Part shown: piece after piece, positions 12,639-24,008 of the stretch | Layout: each line of letters begins with the position of its first letter | How positions within the stretch are numbered: position 1 is the stretch's first letter | NCBI RefSeq assembly: GCF_018350175.1 | Contig: NC_058383.1 | Span: forward strand, 14,944,001-15,008,000 | Direction of reading: 5' to 3' | Source: Felis catus | Taxonomy: Eukaryota | DNA length: 64,000 nucleotides | Notes under the pieces: model-generated | The model's database searches: none | Told to the model about the DNA's origin: nothing | Seen by the model: the letters and a program-made list of their open reading frames with translations, nothing else | Position numbers and translations under genes: made by a program

Positions 12639-13129
12639 CTGAAGAATAAGGAGTAGAGGCTTGATGCCTCCTCGCCCAGCTTCCCATGAGGGGCCACAAC
12701 CCCAAAAGGCGGAGGCCCAGCTCCCCCTCAAACGCCAAGCCAGTGGCCAAACCACAGCCCAGGCACAGATGCAACCGGCCCGCCCCTCCCCATCCCCAAC
12801 TGGAAGGCTGGCTTGGCGACACCTTCAAGGCACCCCTGGCTCTGCCCATGAAGCAAAGACGGCCGGCTGGGAAGGGTGCAGCTGACCTCCACCAAACCCC
12901 CTTAGTCTTCGCAAAACAGAACGCTGGGGTGCCAAGAAGTGAGCTTCGATGCACCCCGCGCCCCCGCCCCGTCACCGTCCCGTTGTGTTTCTTCGTGCGC
13001 TCGGAACGTTCGGCTTGAGCAACTCAAAAAGAGCCAAACGAGTATGACGCACGGGGAGTGAGAGGGGGTGGCAGGGACACAGTGACACATTCTTGAGGCA
13101 GCCGGCACAAGGACATCCGTTTCCAGATG

Positions 13130-13500
13130 CCGGAGCCGGGCTACCGGGGTGAATCGTCGCGTTATCGTCTACTAGGTGGCACGACGATGAGCCAATACCC
13201 GAACCTCTCGCGGCCTCATTCTTATTCGTGGCCTGGAAACGTTACGGTGCCCACCTCTTTGCTAAAAACTTGTGAAGTACTCGGGACAGCGCCTGGCCAT
13301 AGCACTCAGGGGTCAAGCACTTTACAGACAGCATCTCTTCTTATCTCACTTGCTCATCACAAATATGCCTTGAGTCCCGTTGTACAGATGAACAAACGGA
13401 CGCTCAGAGAAGCTGTGTAACTAGCCCAAGGTACTGCAGCTAGCGGGGCGGAGCTGGAAGTTGATCTGACATCCAAGCAGGGGCTTGAACACCATGAGAG
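13130..13500. mobile_element. Two opposed, CpG-rich MIR remnants (+ 13130-13310, - 13315-13500)
   Basis: acagcgcctggc..gcactca; cccgttgtacagatgaacaaacggacgctcagaga..aactagcccaaggt. Confidence 0.6.
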
Positions 13501-14117
13501 ACGTGGTCTCCATGGGTCAAGGACCACACATTGGGGACACGGAAAACACCACCCTGGGTAGCAATATATACGACGACGGTCGTTTTTCAGGTGCTCTGTT
13601 GGTTTAAGATGCCGCCACGTCAAAGCAGTAGCGACAGTAGGTGAAAGGTTACTAGCATCTAAGACCTATGTTCGGAGCATCAAATATCATACTTACTCAC
13701 TTCTGCAGCTTTAGAAGGACAGCTGACCACCTGTCACCCAAGCGGACACGAAGCACAGCCTCGCACAGTCCATGTGCCCCGTCTGCTGGCAAGAACTACA
13801 TCTGGATAGACCTGGCTTCGAAATAAAGAGTAAAACTTGGCAGAGAGGTCTATAAAACCATTTCAGGACTATCCCCCAGCATCCCGGGGGGAAGAGCATG
13901 CCTCAAGAGAATTCAAGGACGTGAGGGCTTCACGAAATAGCAAAAATCTATATAGCGAGAGAACAGCCTATGAGGAAAAGAGAACAGGACGGGATGAAGA
14001 GGAATGTGAGTGACACAAGAATTGAAGAAATCAAAATGCCTCTAAAAACCCACGCGGAGGTCAGGCAAGACAGACACTGCAGAAAAGTCAAATCAGTAAT
14101 GTTAAAAATACACTGGA

Positions 14118-14265
14118 GGGGCGCCTGGGTGGCTCAGTCAGTTAAGCATTCACCTCTTGATCTCGGCTCAGGCCATGACTTCACGGTTCACGGGTTCAAG
14201 CCCCACAGCCCCGAGGCTGCTTGGGATCCTCTCCCTCCCTCTCTCCCTGCCCCTCCCCTGCTCGT

Positions 14266-14306
<41 letters not shown>

Positions 14307-14338
14307 ATAAATAAACATAAAACAAACAAACAAACAAA
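14118..14338 (+). mobile_element. Can-SINE
   Basis: Head, long (CT)n, A-tail. Confidence 0.94.
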
Positions 14339-14348
14339 GAATATACTT

Positions 14349-14558
14349 GGAGCACCTGGGTGGCTCAGTCGGTGAAGCAACTGACTTCAGCTCAGGTCAT
14401 GATCTCGCGTTTGTGGGTTGGAGTCCCACATCAGGCTCTCTGCTGTCAGCACGGAGCCCACTTTGGATCCTCTGTCTCCCTCTCTCTGCCCTCCTCCACG
14501 TGTACGCTCTCTCTCTCTCTCTCTCAAAAATAAACATTCAAAAAGGAAAAGAAAAAAG
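14349..14558 (+). mobile_element. Can-SINE
   Basis: Head, (CT)n, A-tail. Confidence 0.94.
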
Positions 14559-15093
14559 AACACACTTGGGAGGTTCTCCAAGAATGTGGAGGCAAAGGAT
14601 AAAGAAATAAAAATAATGAGAATGATAGCTATCAAAAATCAATTTAAAAACTCCAATATAAAGATAATTGATTTCTTGGAAGAATAGGACAGAACAAAAA
14701 AACAACTAACTAACGAAGAAAAGAAAACGTTCTTTCTTGACCTTTAGGAAAATCATATTCTATGAAAAGAGGTCCTCACGTGGACTTAGGCTGGCAAAAT
14801 GTGAAAACTTTGGAAAAATTAAAACCATTCAAAGATGAGAGGGAAAAAATGCTGAGAAAAGAACAAAAATGCAACTGACCCTGGCTTCTCAGCGATAAAA
14901 TGTTCTAGAAAAGGCTGGAGCACCATCTACACAGTTGAGAGGAAGGTTTAGAGAGGCTGAAGGCATGGTTCAAGATTTTGAAACCACACCGGTTGATCTG
15001 ACATCTGTGAAAATAATATCCTTGGCTGTTCCTGCTTTGAGAATATATACCACCAATTACCATGCTTTCAAAAAAAAAAAAAAAAAGCTGTAA

Positions 15094-15185
15094 GGGGAGC
15101 CTGGGTGGCTCAGTCAGTTAAATGTCCGACTTTGGCTCAGGTCGTGATCTCACAGTTGGTGGGTTCAAGCCTCGCATGGGGCTCG
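15094..15185 (+). mobile_element. Can-SINE 5' half only
   Basis: Head present; CT region and tail absent; abuts L1. Confidence 0.88.
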
Positions 15186-15516
15186 TCCTTCTCCATTTCT
15201 TTCATTAAGTGTCCTGCGGTTTTCACAGAATAGATCTTTTACCTCTTTGGATAGGTTTATTCCTAGGTAACTTCTTGGTTTGGGTGCAAATGTAAATAGG
15301 ATTGATTCCCTGAGTTCTCTTTCTGCTGCTTCGTTGTCGATGTAGAGAAATGCAACAGATTTCTGTACACTGATTTTATATCCTGGGACTTGGCTGAATT
15401 CGTGTTATCAGTTCTAGCAGTCTTTGGGTGGGATCATTTGGGTTTTCTACATAGAGCATCATGTCGTCTGAAAATAGTGAAAGCTTCACTTCTTCCCTTG
15501 CTGATTCGGACGCCTT

Positions 15517-15555
<39 letters not shown>

Positions 15556-15912
15556 TTTTTGTTTGTTTGTTTGTTTTCTGAATGCTGAGGCTAGAACTTC
15601 TAGTACTTTGTTAAATAACAAAGTGGTTCCTGAATGTGGAGGCAAAGCTCTCAGTTTTTTCCCCACTGAGGATGATATTAGCAGGGAGTCTTTCGTATAT
15701 GGCCTTTATGATGTTGAGGTATGATACTGAGGGTTGCTGAAGGGGTGATGGGTGGGAGACAGGCTAAATGGGTGATAGGTATTGAGGGGGGCACTGGTGT
15801 TGAGCACTGGGTGTTATACATAAGTGATAAATCACTAAATTCTACTCCTGAAACCAATATTACACCCTACATGTTAACTAATTCGAATTTAAATAAAAAT
15901 TTGAAAAAAAAA
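15186..15912 (+). mobile_element. 5'-inverted L1 (antisense ORF2 15186-15723, sense 3' UTR 15724-15912)
   Basis: gaaatgcaacagatttctgtacactgattttatatcctg (antisense RT region); gagcactgggtgttata..aatcactaaattctactcctgaaacc plus A-tail. Confidence 0.85.
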
Positions 15913-16824
15913 TGGCCAAAAAAAACCCCCAATGATCAGCAATGAAATCAATAAAACATTAGCTAAATAAATTTTAACATTAATAAAAATAAATAAATTT
16001 ATGTGAAAACTGAGTAGATCATGCTATAATAGAACTGTGCATTTTCCCTTAATTATTTTGCCCCCAAACTCTCGCAACCAGGTAGGGTAAGGATTGTCAG
16101 GATGTTTTGGGGGGCCCTGGGCCAGGTTATTCTGTGATACTTCCCTAAATAGCTTCCGTTCTCTGCTTACTTTCTGGGACCAGGATCACATCCTGAACCC
16201 TACAGGCCACATCAAGTTTTGTGGACACTTCGAATAACAGCAGGTGTTTTGTCCCACTGTAATCAGCAAAGACTAAATTATTTATACTGCTGCGTACCGT
16301 GTAAGAATTAACACAAACAGCTTTATTTCTGCTCCCCCAAAACAGGACTACATGAACAATTTAAAAGGTGTCTGCATTGCCAAGCGGTCTGAAGTCTGGT
16401 TTTCTGCTTCCTTATTAGTTAATAACATTTTTTGTAAATGCGGAAGCAATTCACGGGCAACGCCAAAGATACAGAAAAGTACCAAGGAGGAGATAAGCAC
16501 GCATAATCCCAACACCCAAAGAGAAACACTGCTAAATTTCATATTGTTCAATCAGCATTTCCCCTTTCCTTCTTATCAGAGTACTCATTTTCTTATTAAT
16601 GGTATTTAACTATGGGGTTTAGAGCTTCCTTTATTCACAAAATATCGTATAATTTTTTTAAATGCTCGTATCGAAAACTATTAGTTGGAATGGGTGTACA
16701 TACACCGTTCCATCCCATGAATAACTGACTTATGGTTGACTTAATCCCAGATCGTTGGACATCTATTTTGGACATAAGAATTATACTGCATATTATACAT
16801 TATATTATGCTAGGAAATAACTAA

Positions 16825-17035
16825 AAGCTTAGGTTCAGGAGCAAAGTTTCCTGAGATCAAATTCCTGTTCTACCATTCATTAGTCATGGGATTTTGGCAA
16901 AGTAATTAAACAATCTGTACCTGTTTCCTCCCAAGCATAGTGGGGATTATAACAGTGTATCGATTAAACGAATTAACACATGTAAAGGCTTTAGAACGCT
17001 GCCAGCAACAGGATAAACAGTGTATATTTAGGTTG
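16825..17035 (+). mobile_element. MIR
   Basis: tcaaattcctgttctacca, ctgtttcctc, tgtaaaggctttagaac. Confidence 0.65.
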
Positions 17036-17591
17036 TTCTTTGTCCAATTCTTCTCTACAGTGTGAAATGAGCTTCTCTGTGTATTTTTTTAAATGTATAC
17101 GATTATTTTTTTAAGACGAAATTCTTAGAAATGGAATTGCCGGGTCCAGAACCAATTCACATTTTTAAACTTGTGTACATATTGTCTAATCTCACACCAA
17201 AAAGTTGTACAATTTTATCCCACCAACAAAGAATGAAAACAGAATGAAACGGCTATTTTCACAAAACAGCCTTGCCAATACTGGATATCTACGCTTTTTT
17301 CCCCACAGCTTTGCTAAGATAATGGATGAAACTGACATTTTGTTGCCTTATTTTGCATTTCTATTACCAATAAAGCTGTCCGCTTTCTCTGAAGGCTTAC
17401 TGGTGATTTTGACTTTTCTTCTTTTACGCAAACCTGTTCACGTTCTCTGCCCAGTTTTTGTTAGTATTTTTCTACCGATTGCCAAAAAGACTTCACGTAT
17501 TAGCGATAAACATTTCTATTATGTGTTGGAAATATTGCACTTCAGTTTGTCATTCGTATCAGTTATCACAACAGACTGGTTCATAATTTTT

Positions 17592-17994
17592 CACATGAAA
17601 AGATGCTCCACATCACTCATCATCAGGGAATACAAATCAAAACTGCAATGAGATATCACCTCACACCATTCGGAGTGGCTAAGCTTAACACAGGAAACAA
17701 CAGATGCTGGCGAGGATGTGGAGAGAAAGGGGAACCCTCTGGCACTGTTGGTGGGAATGCAGACTGGTGCAGCCACTCTGGAAAACAGTGTGGAGGTTCC
17801 TCAAAAAATTAAAATCAGAACTACCCTACGACCCAGCAATCACACTACTGTGTACTTACACAAAGGATACAAAAATACTAATTCAAAGGCACACATGCAC
17901 CCCGATGTTTACAGCAGCATTATGCACAATAGCCAAATGATGGAGAGAGCCCAAATGCCCATCGAGTGACAAATGGATGAAGTTGTGATGTATA

Positions 17995-18043
<49 letters not shown>

Positions 18044-18558
18044 ACACAATGGATCATTACTCAGCGATAAAAAAATAATGAGATCCCGGCATTTGCAGTG
18101 ACGTGGATGGAGCTAGAAAGTATGATGCTAAATGAAATAAGTCAGGCAGAGATAGACCAACACCATATGATTTCACTCATAGGTGGGATTTAAGAAATAA
18201 AACAAATGAGCAAAGAGAAAAAAGAGAGGGAGAGAGAGAGAGAGAGAGACCAAGAAACAGACTTTTAACTACAGGGAACAAACTGATGGTTACCAGAGAG
18301 GAGGTGGGTGGAGGGATGGGTTAAATGGGGAATGGGCATTAAGGAGGGCACTCGTTGTGACGAGCACCAGGTGTTGTATATAAGTGACGAATCACTAAAT
18401 CCTACACCTGGAACTAATATTACACTGCATGTTAACTAACTGGAATGTACATAAAATAAAAACATAGAAAGAAAGGAAAAACAAACATAGAAAGAAAAGA
18501 AAAAAAAAACATAGAAAGAAAGGAAAAGAAAAAAAGAAAACTATTTTTAAAAAAAAAA
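17592..18558 (+). mobile_element. 5'-truncated carnivore L1 (ORF2 C-terminus plus 3' UTR)
   Basis: Encodes [52 protein letters not shown] in shifted frames; A-tail; TSD agact(g/t)gttcata. Confidence 0.95.
17999..18040. repeat. (TG)21 microsatellite inside L1
   Basis: Direct read. Confidence 0.98.
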
Positions 18559-18952
18559 GACTTGTTCATAGTGTTTTTACTTTTTTAAATGCTTCACATT
18601 TACAACCTCAAACCCACCAAATTTGTCCTGCACAATTTATGACTTTGGGGTTATAACTGGAAAAGCACCCTCAAACCCAAGTGGATCCATCGTTCACCTA
18701 CACTGCAATCTCCGACAGCTCTTCATGATTTCATATTTTATATTTAACCCTTTAATCCAAGTGCAATTGATTTTATGCTTTAGCATAAGTAAAGAAATGA
18801 ACAACTTTCTTCCCAAACATTAACCCATTTTCCCAATCCTGTTTACTGAATCCTCTTCTCACTGACTTCAGATTCTTGCCATATAAACTCAAATATACCA
18901 CCAGCTTCTCTCTTCCATTATATCACTCTATTCTAAAACTAGCACCACTTTT

Positions 18953-19174
18953 GGGGCACCTGGGTGGCTCAGCCGCTTAAGCGTCCGAGTTTGGCTCAGG
19001 TCATGATCTCGCAGTCCGTGAGTTCGAGCCCCGCATCGGGCTCTGTGCTGACAGCTCAGAGCCTGGAGCCTGCTTCGGATTCTCTCTCTCTGCCCCTCTC
19101 TGCCCCTCCCCTGCTCATGCTCTGCCTCTCTCTCCCTCTCAAAAATAAAGTTAAAAAAAATTTTTAATAAAAAT
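18953..19174 (+). mobile_element. Feline SINE
   Basis: TSD aaaactagcacc(a/g)ctttt. Confidence 0.96.
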
Positions 19175-19939
19175 AAAACTAGCACCGCTTTTCATTAATG
19201 TAATTTTAAAGTGAATTCTATTGAACTATTCTTCTAACGAACTTGGGAATAATTCTGTCACGTGCCCCAAAAAGTCCGGTGGGAGCACTGCTGCTGTTCG
19301 AGCCAGTGGGTGTTATTCTGTGTGTTTTGAACTTTTCCTTCATAAATATAAGTCATCGGCGAATTGGGTCTCTGCTGTCCGCCCTCCGTGTTCGCAGCCT
19401 CGCCACTTGGCTTCATGCCCTCGTGCTCTGTGTCCTCAGGTTCCTCTCAGACCCATCTTCCTTATCACTAGATTCCCTGCAATGTTTCTGTAATAATTCT
19501 GTTCCTCACTTCTTCTAAGACGACCTACCAGCTTTGCCTCCAAATGCTCGCTTCCTTATATTCTCTTCTAAATTTTGCCAAATTCATTTTCGTCTTGGTC
19601 TGTTGCCTGAGCGTAGAAGCTTATCTTTCTTGTACTTTGTCTCTTGTTTTAGGGTCTCTGGTCTCTTAAGTTTCCTTCTGACTGAAACAGATGCTGACTA
19701 AAATGTGTTTTTGAACAAAAATCTGTTTTTAAATATGCCCCTTCTTTATTTCTTGCAGGATGTTGGTCTCCATTCATGTTGCAGATTTCTCCGTACGCCC
19801 CACATTGAAGGCTCTCTTCTCCCCGCTTCTTCGGTCTTCACGCAGAACAGACCTATCCCTTCGTGAGATTTTTCTCACCCGGTCACTCAGAAGCTTCACA
19901 TATTAAAGACGTGGCAGAAAGGAAAAGACTCTCAGGAAC

Positions 19940-20660
19940 CACTCAAAGTGGTGGTATGATCCGAACTTCGTACCATGCCTGGCAAGGACCTACATGATCT
20001 GGCTCGTCTCTAGTTTCGTCTCCTCCAGTCTTACCGTGCTCCAGTCACCCTGGCCTTCGGTGTCTTAGTCAAGGGCAAACGCATTCCCACCCGTGAGTTC
20101 TGAGTTGAAAGGAACGCTCTGCCCTTGGATATTCCCACGGCAGACGACCGCTTATGTTTCAGGTCTCCCTTCGCGTGTCCCTCCCCTGACTGTCCTCACC
20201 GCTCCTCCTGTGTCCGTCCTGTGTTTGTCACAGCCTGTTTTATTTTCTCAGTAGCATTTGCCAGCACCTAAAAGCATCTTACTAATTTATCTTATGTCTC
20301 CCCCTGTCAAAAATGTAAACCTGAGGGGCGCCTGGGTGGCTCAGTCGGTTGAGCGGCCGACTTCGGCTCAGGTCGTGATCTCGCGGTCCGTGAGTTCGAG
20401 CCCCGCGTCGGGCTCTGTGCTGACAGCTCGGAGCCTGGAGCCTGCTTCAGATTCTGTGTCTCCCTCTCTCTGACCCTCCCCCATTCATGCTCTGTCTCTC
20501 TCTGTCTCAAAAATAAATAAAACATTAAAAAAAATTTTAAAAATGTAAACCTGTAAGAGCAGGGGCTTTCCCCGCCTTTTGTCATCGCTGTAACTCCAGA
20601 ATCTAGGATAGTTTTGTGTAAATAGCAGACACACAAGAAATGTTTGTTGAGTGGATAAAC
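19940..20660 (+). mobile_element. L2 3' fragment, interrupted by a SINE
   Basis: ggcaaggacctacatgatctggc, ccagaatctagga, aaatgtttgttgagtggataaa. Confidence 0.7.
20325..20538 (+). mobile_element. Feline SINE
   Basis: TSD aaaaatgtaaacctg. Confidence 0.96.
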
Positions 20661-20775
20661 GTTATGTAGAAGAGGCAGCATTCTGGATGATTTTTATTTT
20701 TCTCTTCTTATTTTTCTTTATTTTTCAAACTTGATAATGAATATAGATTACTTTGCTAGTTTACAAATATATTCT

Positions 20776-20942
20776 GGGGGGTACCTGGGGGGCTCAGTCA
20801 GTTGAGCATCTGACTCTTGATTTCCACTCAGGTCACAATCCCAGGGTCCTGGGATCGAGCCCCACATCGGGCACTGCACTGAGCCTGGAGCCTGCTTAAG
20901 ATTTTTTCTCTCTCCCTCTGCCCCTTCCTTGCATGTGCATGC

Positions 20943-20974
<32 letters not shown>

Positions 20975-20994
20975 AACTAAAATTTTTTAAAAAA
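20776..20994 (+). mobile_element. Can-SINE (older type)
   Basis: Head with gactcttgatttc, cctgcttaagatt, (CT)n. Confidence 0.92.
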
Positions 20995-21375
20995 GGAGAA
21001 AATCCTTTTAAAATATGTATACACACATATATATACACATACACACATACACATGTGTGTGGATTCTGAAACAGAAATATCTATGCAATTTTATACGGAA
21101 AGTTGGCTTCCCAAGTTTTAGCAGCAAATCCTTTTCACAGAATCTTTGTGGATTATTCCAACATGTAAAAGAGACAAAAGCAGTATTTGAGTATTAATCA
21201 ATGTATTTTGAGGCTCAGATTATCCCACCTGCTTCTTCTAAAAATCAACAACTATGACAATGAAGCTCTTTAATGAAAACTTACTGTATTTTGTTTTATT
21301 TTGTTTTGAAAACTTAAATTTTAAATTGAGAGGTGTGGATGAAATACCTTATGATATTCTTAAACAGGGATTACA

Positions 21376-21599
21376 GGGGCGCCTGGGTGGCGCAGTCGGT
21401 TGAGCATCTGACTTCAGCCAGGTCACGATCTCGTGGTCCGTGGGTTCGAGCCCCGGGTCGGGCTCTGGGCTGATGGCTCAGAGCCTGGAGCCTTTTTCCG
21501 ATTCTGTGTCTCCCTCTCTCTCTGCCCCTCCCCCGTTCATGCTCTGTCTCTCTCGGTCCCAAAAATAAATAAACGTTGAAAAAAAAATTAAAAAAAAAA
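21376..21599 (+). mobile_element. Young feline SINE
   Basis: TSD aacagggattaca. Confidence 0.96.
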
Positions 21600-22239
21600 C
21601 AACAGGGATTACAGGAGAAAATTTATTCTTCAACTTTATACAATAACGAATCAACCAAGCTACGCAAATTCTCACACTCATGGTTTCTAATAAATTTGAT
21701 TTATAACGCATTTGACTGTGTGTTGTTTTCGTCACAGTTCTAAGTAGACTGGAATATACTCAAATACTAAATGTGGATAAAACACTTAGACCATCACCGA
21801 AGCACATCCGTGGAAGAGATTTTGGAAACCACAGGGATTTATCTGCTACTGGCAATTTTGTAAAAGTTAGCATGCAGAGCAAAAAGAGTTGGAAACAAGA
21901 TGCACCAATATGTTCACAGTAACAGTGGCTCTATCTCAGCGGTGGCATCCTCGGGGAATTTTTGGATGTACGGGTATTAACGCACAATGGGGAAAAATAT
22001 TCTTAAAGAAGCCCATGTGAATGAATCCCACAAACAGAATGTTGAACTGAAGAAGCCAGACACAATAGACCCTTTGGTTCATTTTACGCAAAATGCAAAA
22101 AGAGGAGAAGCAAACAGGCAGGGTGAGAAGTGAGGGTAGTGGCCGGGAGGTGGGAGGCATCGTCAACCTGGGCTCCGAAATTGGGCCTGGTCTCCTCCTC
22201 TTTCCCTTCTCTCCCCTCCTCTCCTTCCTTTTGTCTACA

Positions 22240-22490
22240 CGTCAGTGGTTTTCAGTATATTCCCTGATATGTGCATATCTGGGTTACCGTAACAGGCAAC
22301 TTTAGGACATTTCCATTATCTCAAAAAGAAACCCCATGCCTTTCCGCCATCATCCTCCACCCCCCTACCCCCCCACACCCCCTAAACAACCACTAATCTG
22401 CACTCTGCCTTCATAGATTTCTCTGTTCTGGATACTGCACGGGAATGGAATCATTGATGTCTGGATTCTCTCCTTTGGCATAAGGTTTTC
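22240..22490 (-). mobile_element. L1MB-like 3' fragment
   Basis: caaaaagaaacccc, caaccactaatctg, ttctggata..aatggaatcat. Confidence 0.7.
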
Positions 22491-22704
22491 CTCACCCCCT
22501 CTTCCTTTCTCCCTTTTGGTGCCACCATCCAAACCTCCTGGCGTGCTGATAGGGGTTTTCTTAGAAGGCTCTCGGTGTATGCTAACAGTTCCATTTTTCC
22601 TGGTCCCCCCTACCCCCACCCCGACTAGACTTCTCTTGTGTGTATTCCATCCCCTGGGAGTCTTGTACATGTGAAGAATAAATTATTTTGTGTTAAGATA
22701 TTTT

Positions 22705-23655
22705 GAGTCGTCAGAGTAATCATTCCAAAACGAAAATCTAATTGTTACACCTCTAATTAAATCTTTCCAAAGGCTCTCCATTGCCAACAAAATTAGCTCA
22801 GGCTCCCCATAGCCAAACCCTCAAGGCTGTGCCTGACTTGTCCCTCGAGGCTGTCCCTGACTTGTCCCTCCCCACCTCTCCAGACCTCAAGTCTTTGCCC
22901 GGCTTTTCCCGCCCTGTCCATGATCCCAACACAGGAAGCTAAGTTCCCCAAACCCATGCTCCAGACAAGGGGAGCCTGGTACAGTTCCCCAAACACGTGC
23001 ACTGTTTTCCATACCCTTGCTTTTGCGAAGATGTCCCTTCTGCCTAGAATGCCCTTCCCTCCAGTTTTCTTCCCTGCCTACCTGGTGAACAAACATCTCC
23101 TAATGTTTTTTATTTTTAAGTTTATTTATGTATTTTGAGAGGGGGGGATGGGCAGGGAGAGAGAGAGAGAGAGGGAGACAGAGAATCCCAAGAGGTTCCA
23201 CACTCAACACAGAGCCTAACTTTGGGCTTGATCTCACGAACCATGAGATAACGACCTGAGCTGAGATCAAGGGTCGGGACGCTTGACCAACTGAGCCACC
23301 CAGGCGCCCCAACCTCTGCTAATCTTGGGGCCCGGCTGAAATACCTCCTCCTGCCTCTCTATGGCAGCACCGGCCAGCTTGTCATCCGTGCCCCGCGGAG
23401 CTCCGTTTCTCCTACCGCCTGTGAGAGACCGGGCGGAACAGTAGGTCTCCTGTCTCCTGGCTTCCGGCGAGGTGTCTAACCCCCTGAACCTCGGCACGCC
23501 CATCGGTAAAACGACGATCCAGACAGAAAGGACTCCACAGATCTTCTCGAGAATAAGACTAGATAACACAGCCAAAGCACGAGAAACAGTGCCTGGCACC
23601 TCACGCATATTCAACAAATGGTAGCTATTATTTTAAAACTTAATTGGATGCACTT
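22705..23655 (+). mobile_element. L2 3' fragment, interrupted by a SINE; MIR-like piece at its end
   Basis: ttccaaaggctctccattgcc, ttctgcctagaatgcccttccct, acagtgcctggcac..ttcaacaaat. Confidence 0.6.
23105..23310 (-). mobile_element. Can-SINE
   Basis: Head at 23310; TSD aac(a/c)tct(c/g)ctaat. Confidence 0.93.
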
Positions 23656-23842
23656 GTTCGTATTTCTGTCCCGTGCTTCTAAAACGGGAGCCCCTTGAAC
23701 ACTGCCGGCCGATGACACGATGGGCCACAAGGGGGGGGTCAGGCCTGGGTTTGAATTCACACTCTGCTGCCCCTTAGCTGGGCCAGTTTCCACATCTCTA
23801 AAATGGAAATGCAGGAGTGCGGTTAAGAAGATTAAAGAAGAT

Positions 23843-24008
23843 GGGGCGCCTGGGTGGCTCCGTCGGTTAAGCATCTGACTTTGGCCCAGGTCATGATCTC
23901 GCGGTCCGTGAGTTCGCATCCCGCGTCGGGCTCTGTGCTGACAGCTCGGAGCCTGGAGCCTGCTTCGGATTCTGTGTCAGCCCCTCCCCCACTCACGTGT
24001 GTCTTAAA
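23843..24008 (+). mobile_element. Feline SINE with shortened 3' end
   Basis: Head intact; CT region and tail largely missing. Confidence 0.9.

Larger units (their letters stand above)
13930..15070 (+). mobile_element. Ancient L1/HAL1 ORF1-like remnant, interrupted by two SINEs
   Basis: A-rich ORF1-like pattern (aaatcagtaatgtt, tccaatataaagataattg, ggcttctcagc..tctagaaaaggctggagc). Confidence 0.45.

Noticed and set aside
12111..12697. Overlapping 181-aa and 180-aa ORFs on both strands
   Set aside because: Contain poly-K/poly-F from a homopolymer and show no recognisable homology; only the splice/polyA interpretation is kept, at low confidence.
17205..17969. ORFs with L1 ORF2 C-terminal motifs
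   Set aside because: Frameshifted, 5'-truncated L1 relic; not a functional CDS.
18928..19185. Recurring ORFs like MAQSVKRPTSAQVMISRSVSSSPASGSVLTAQSLEPASDS (many copies across the window)
   Set aside because: Translations of Can-SINEs, not a gene family or repeat array.
22817..22870. Short tandem duplications (24 bp here; others near 201-232, 38561-38585 and 48094-48148)
   Set aside because: Ordinary slippage duplications with no spacer structure.
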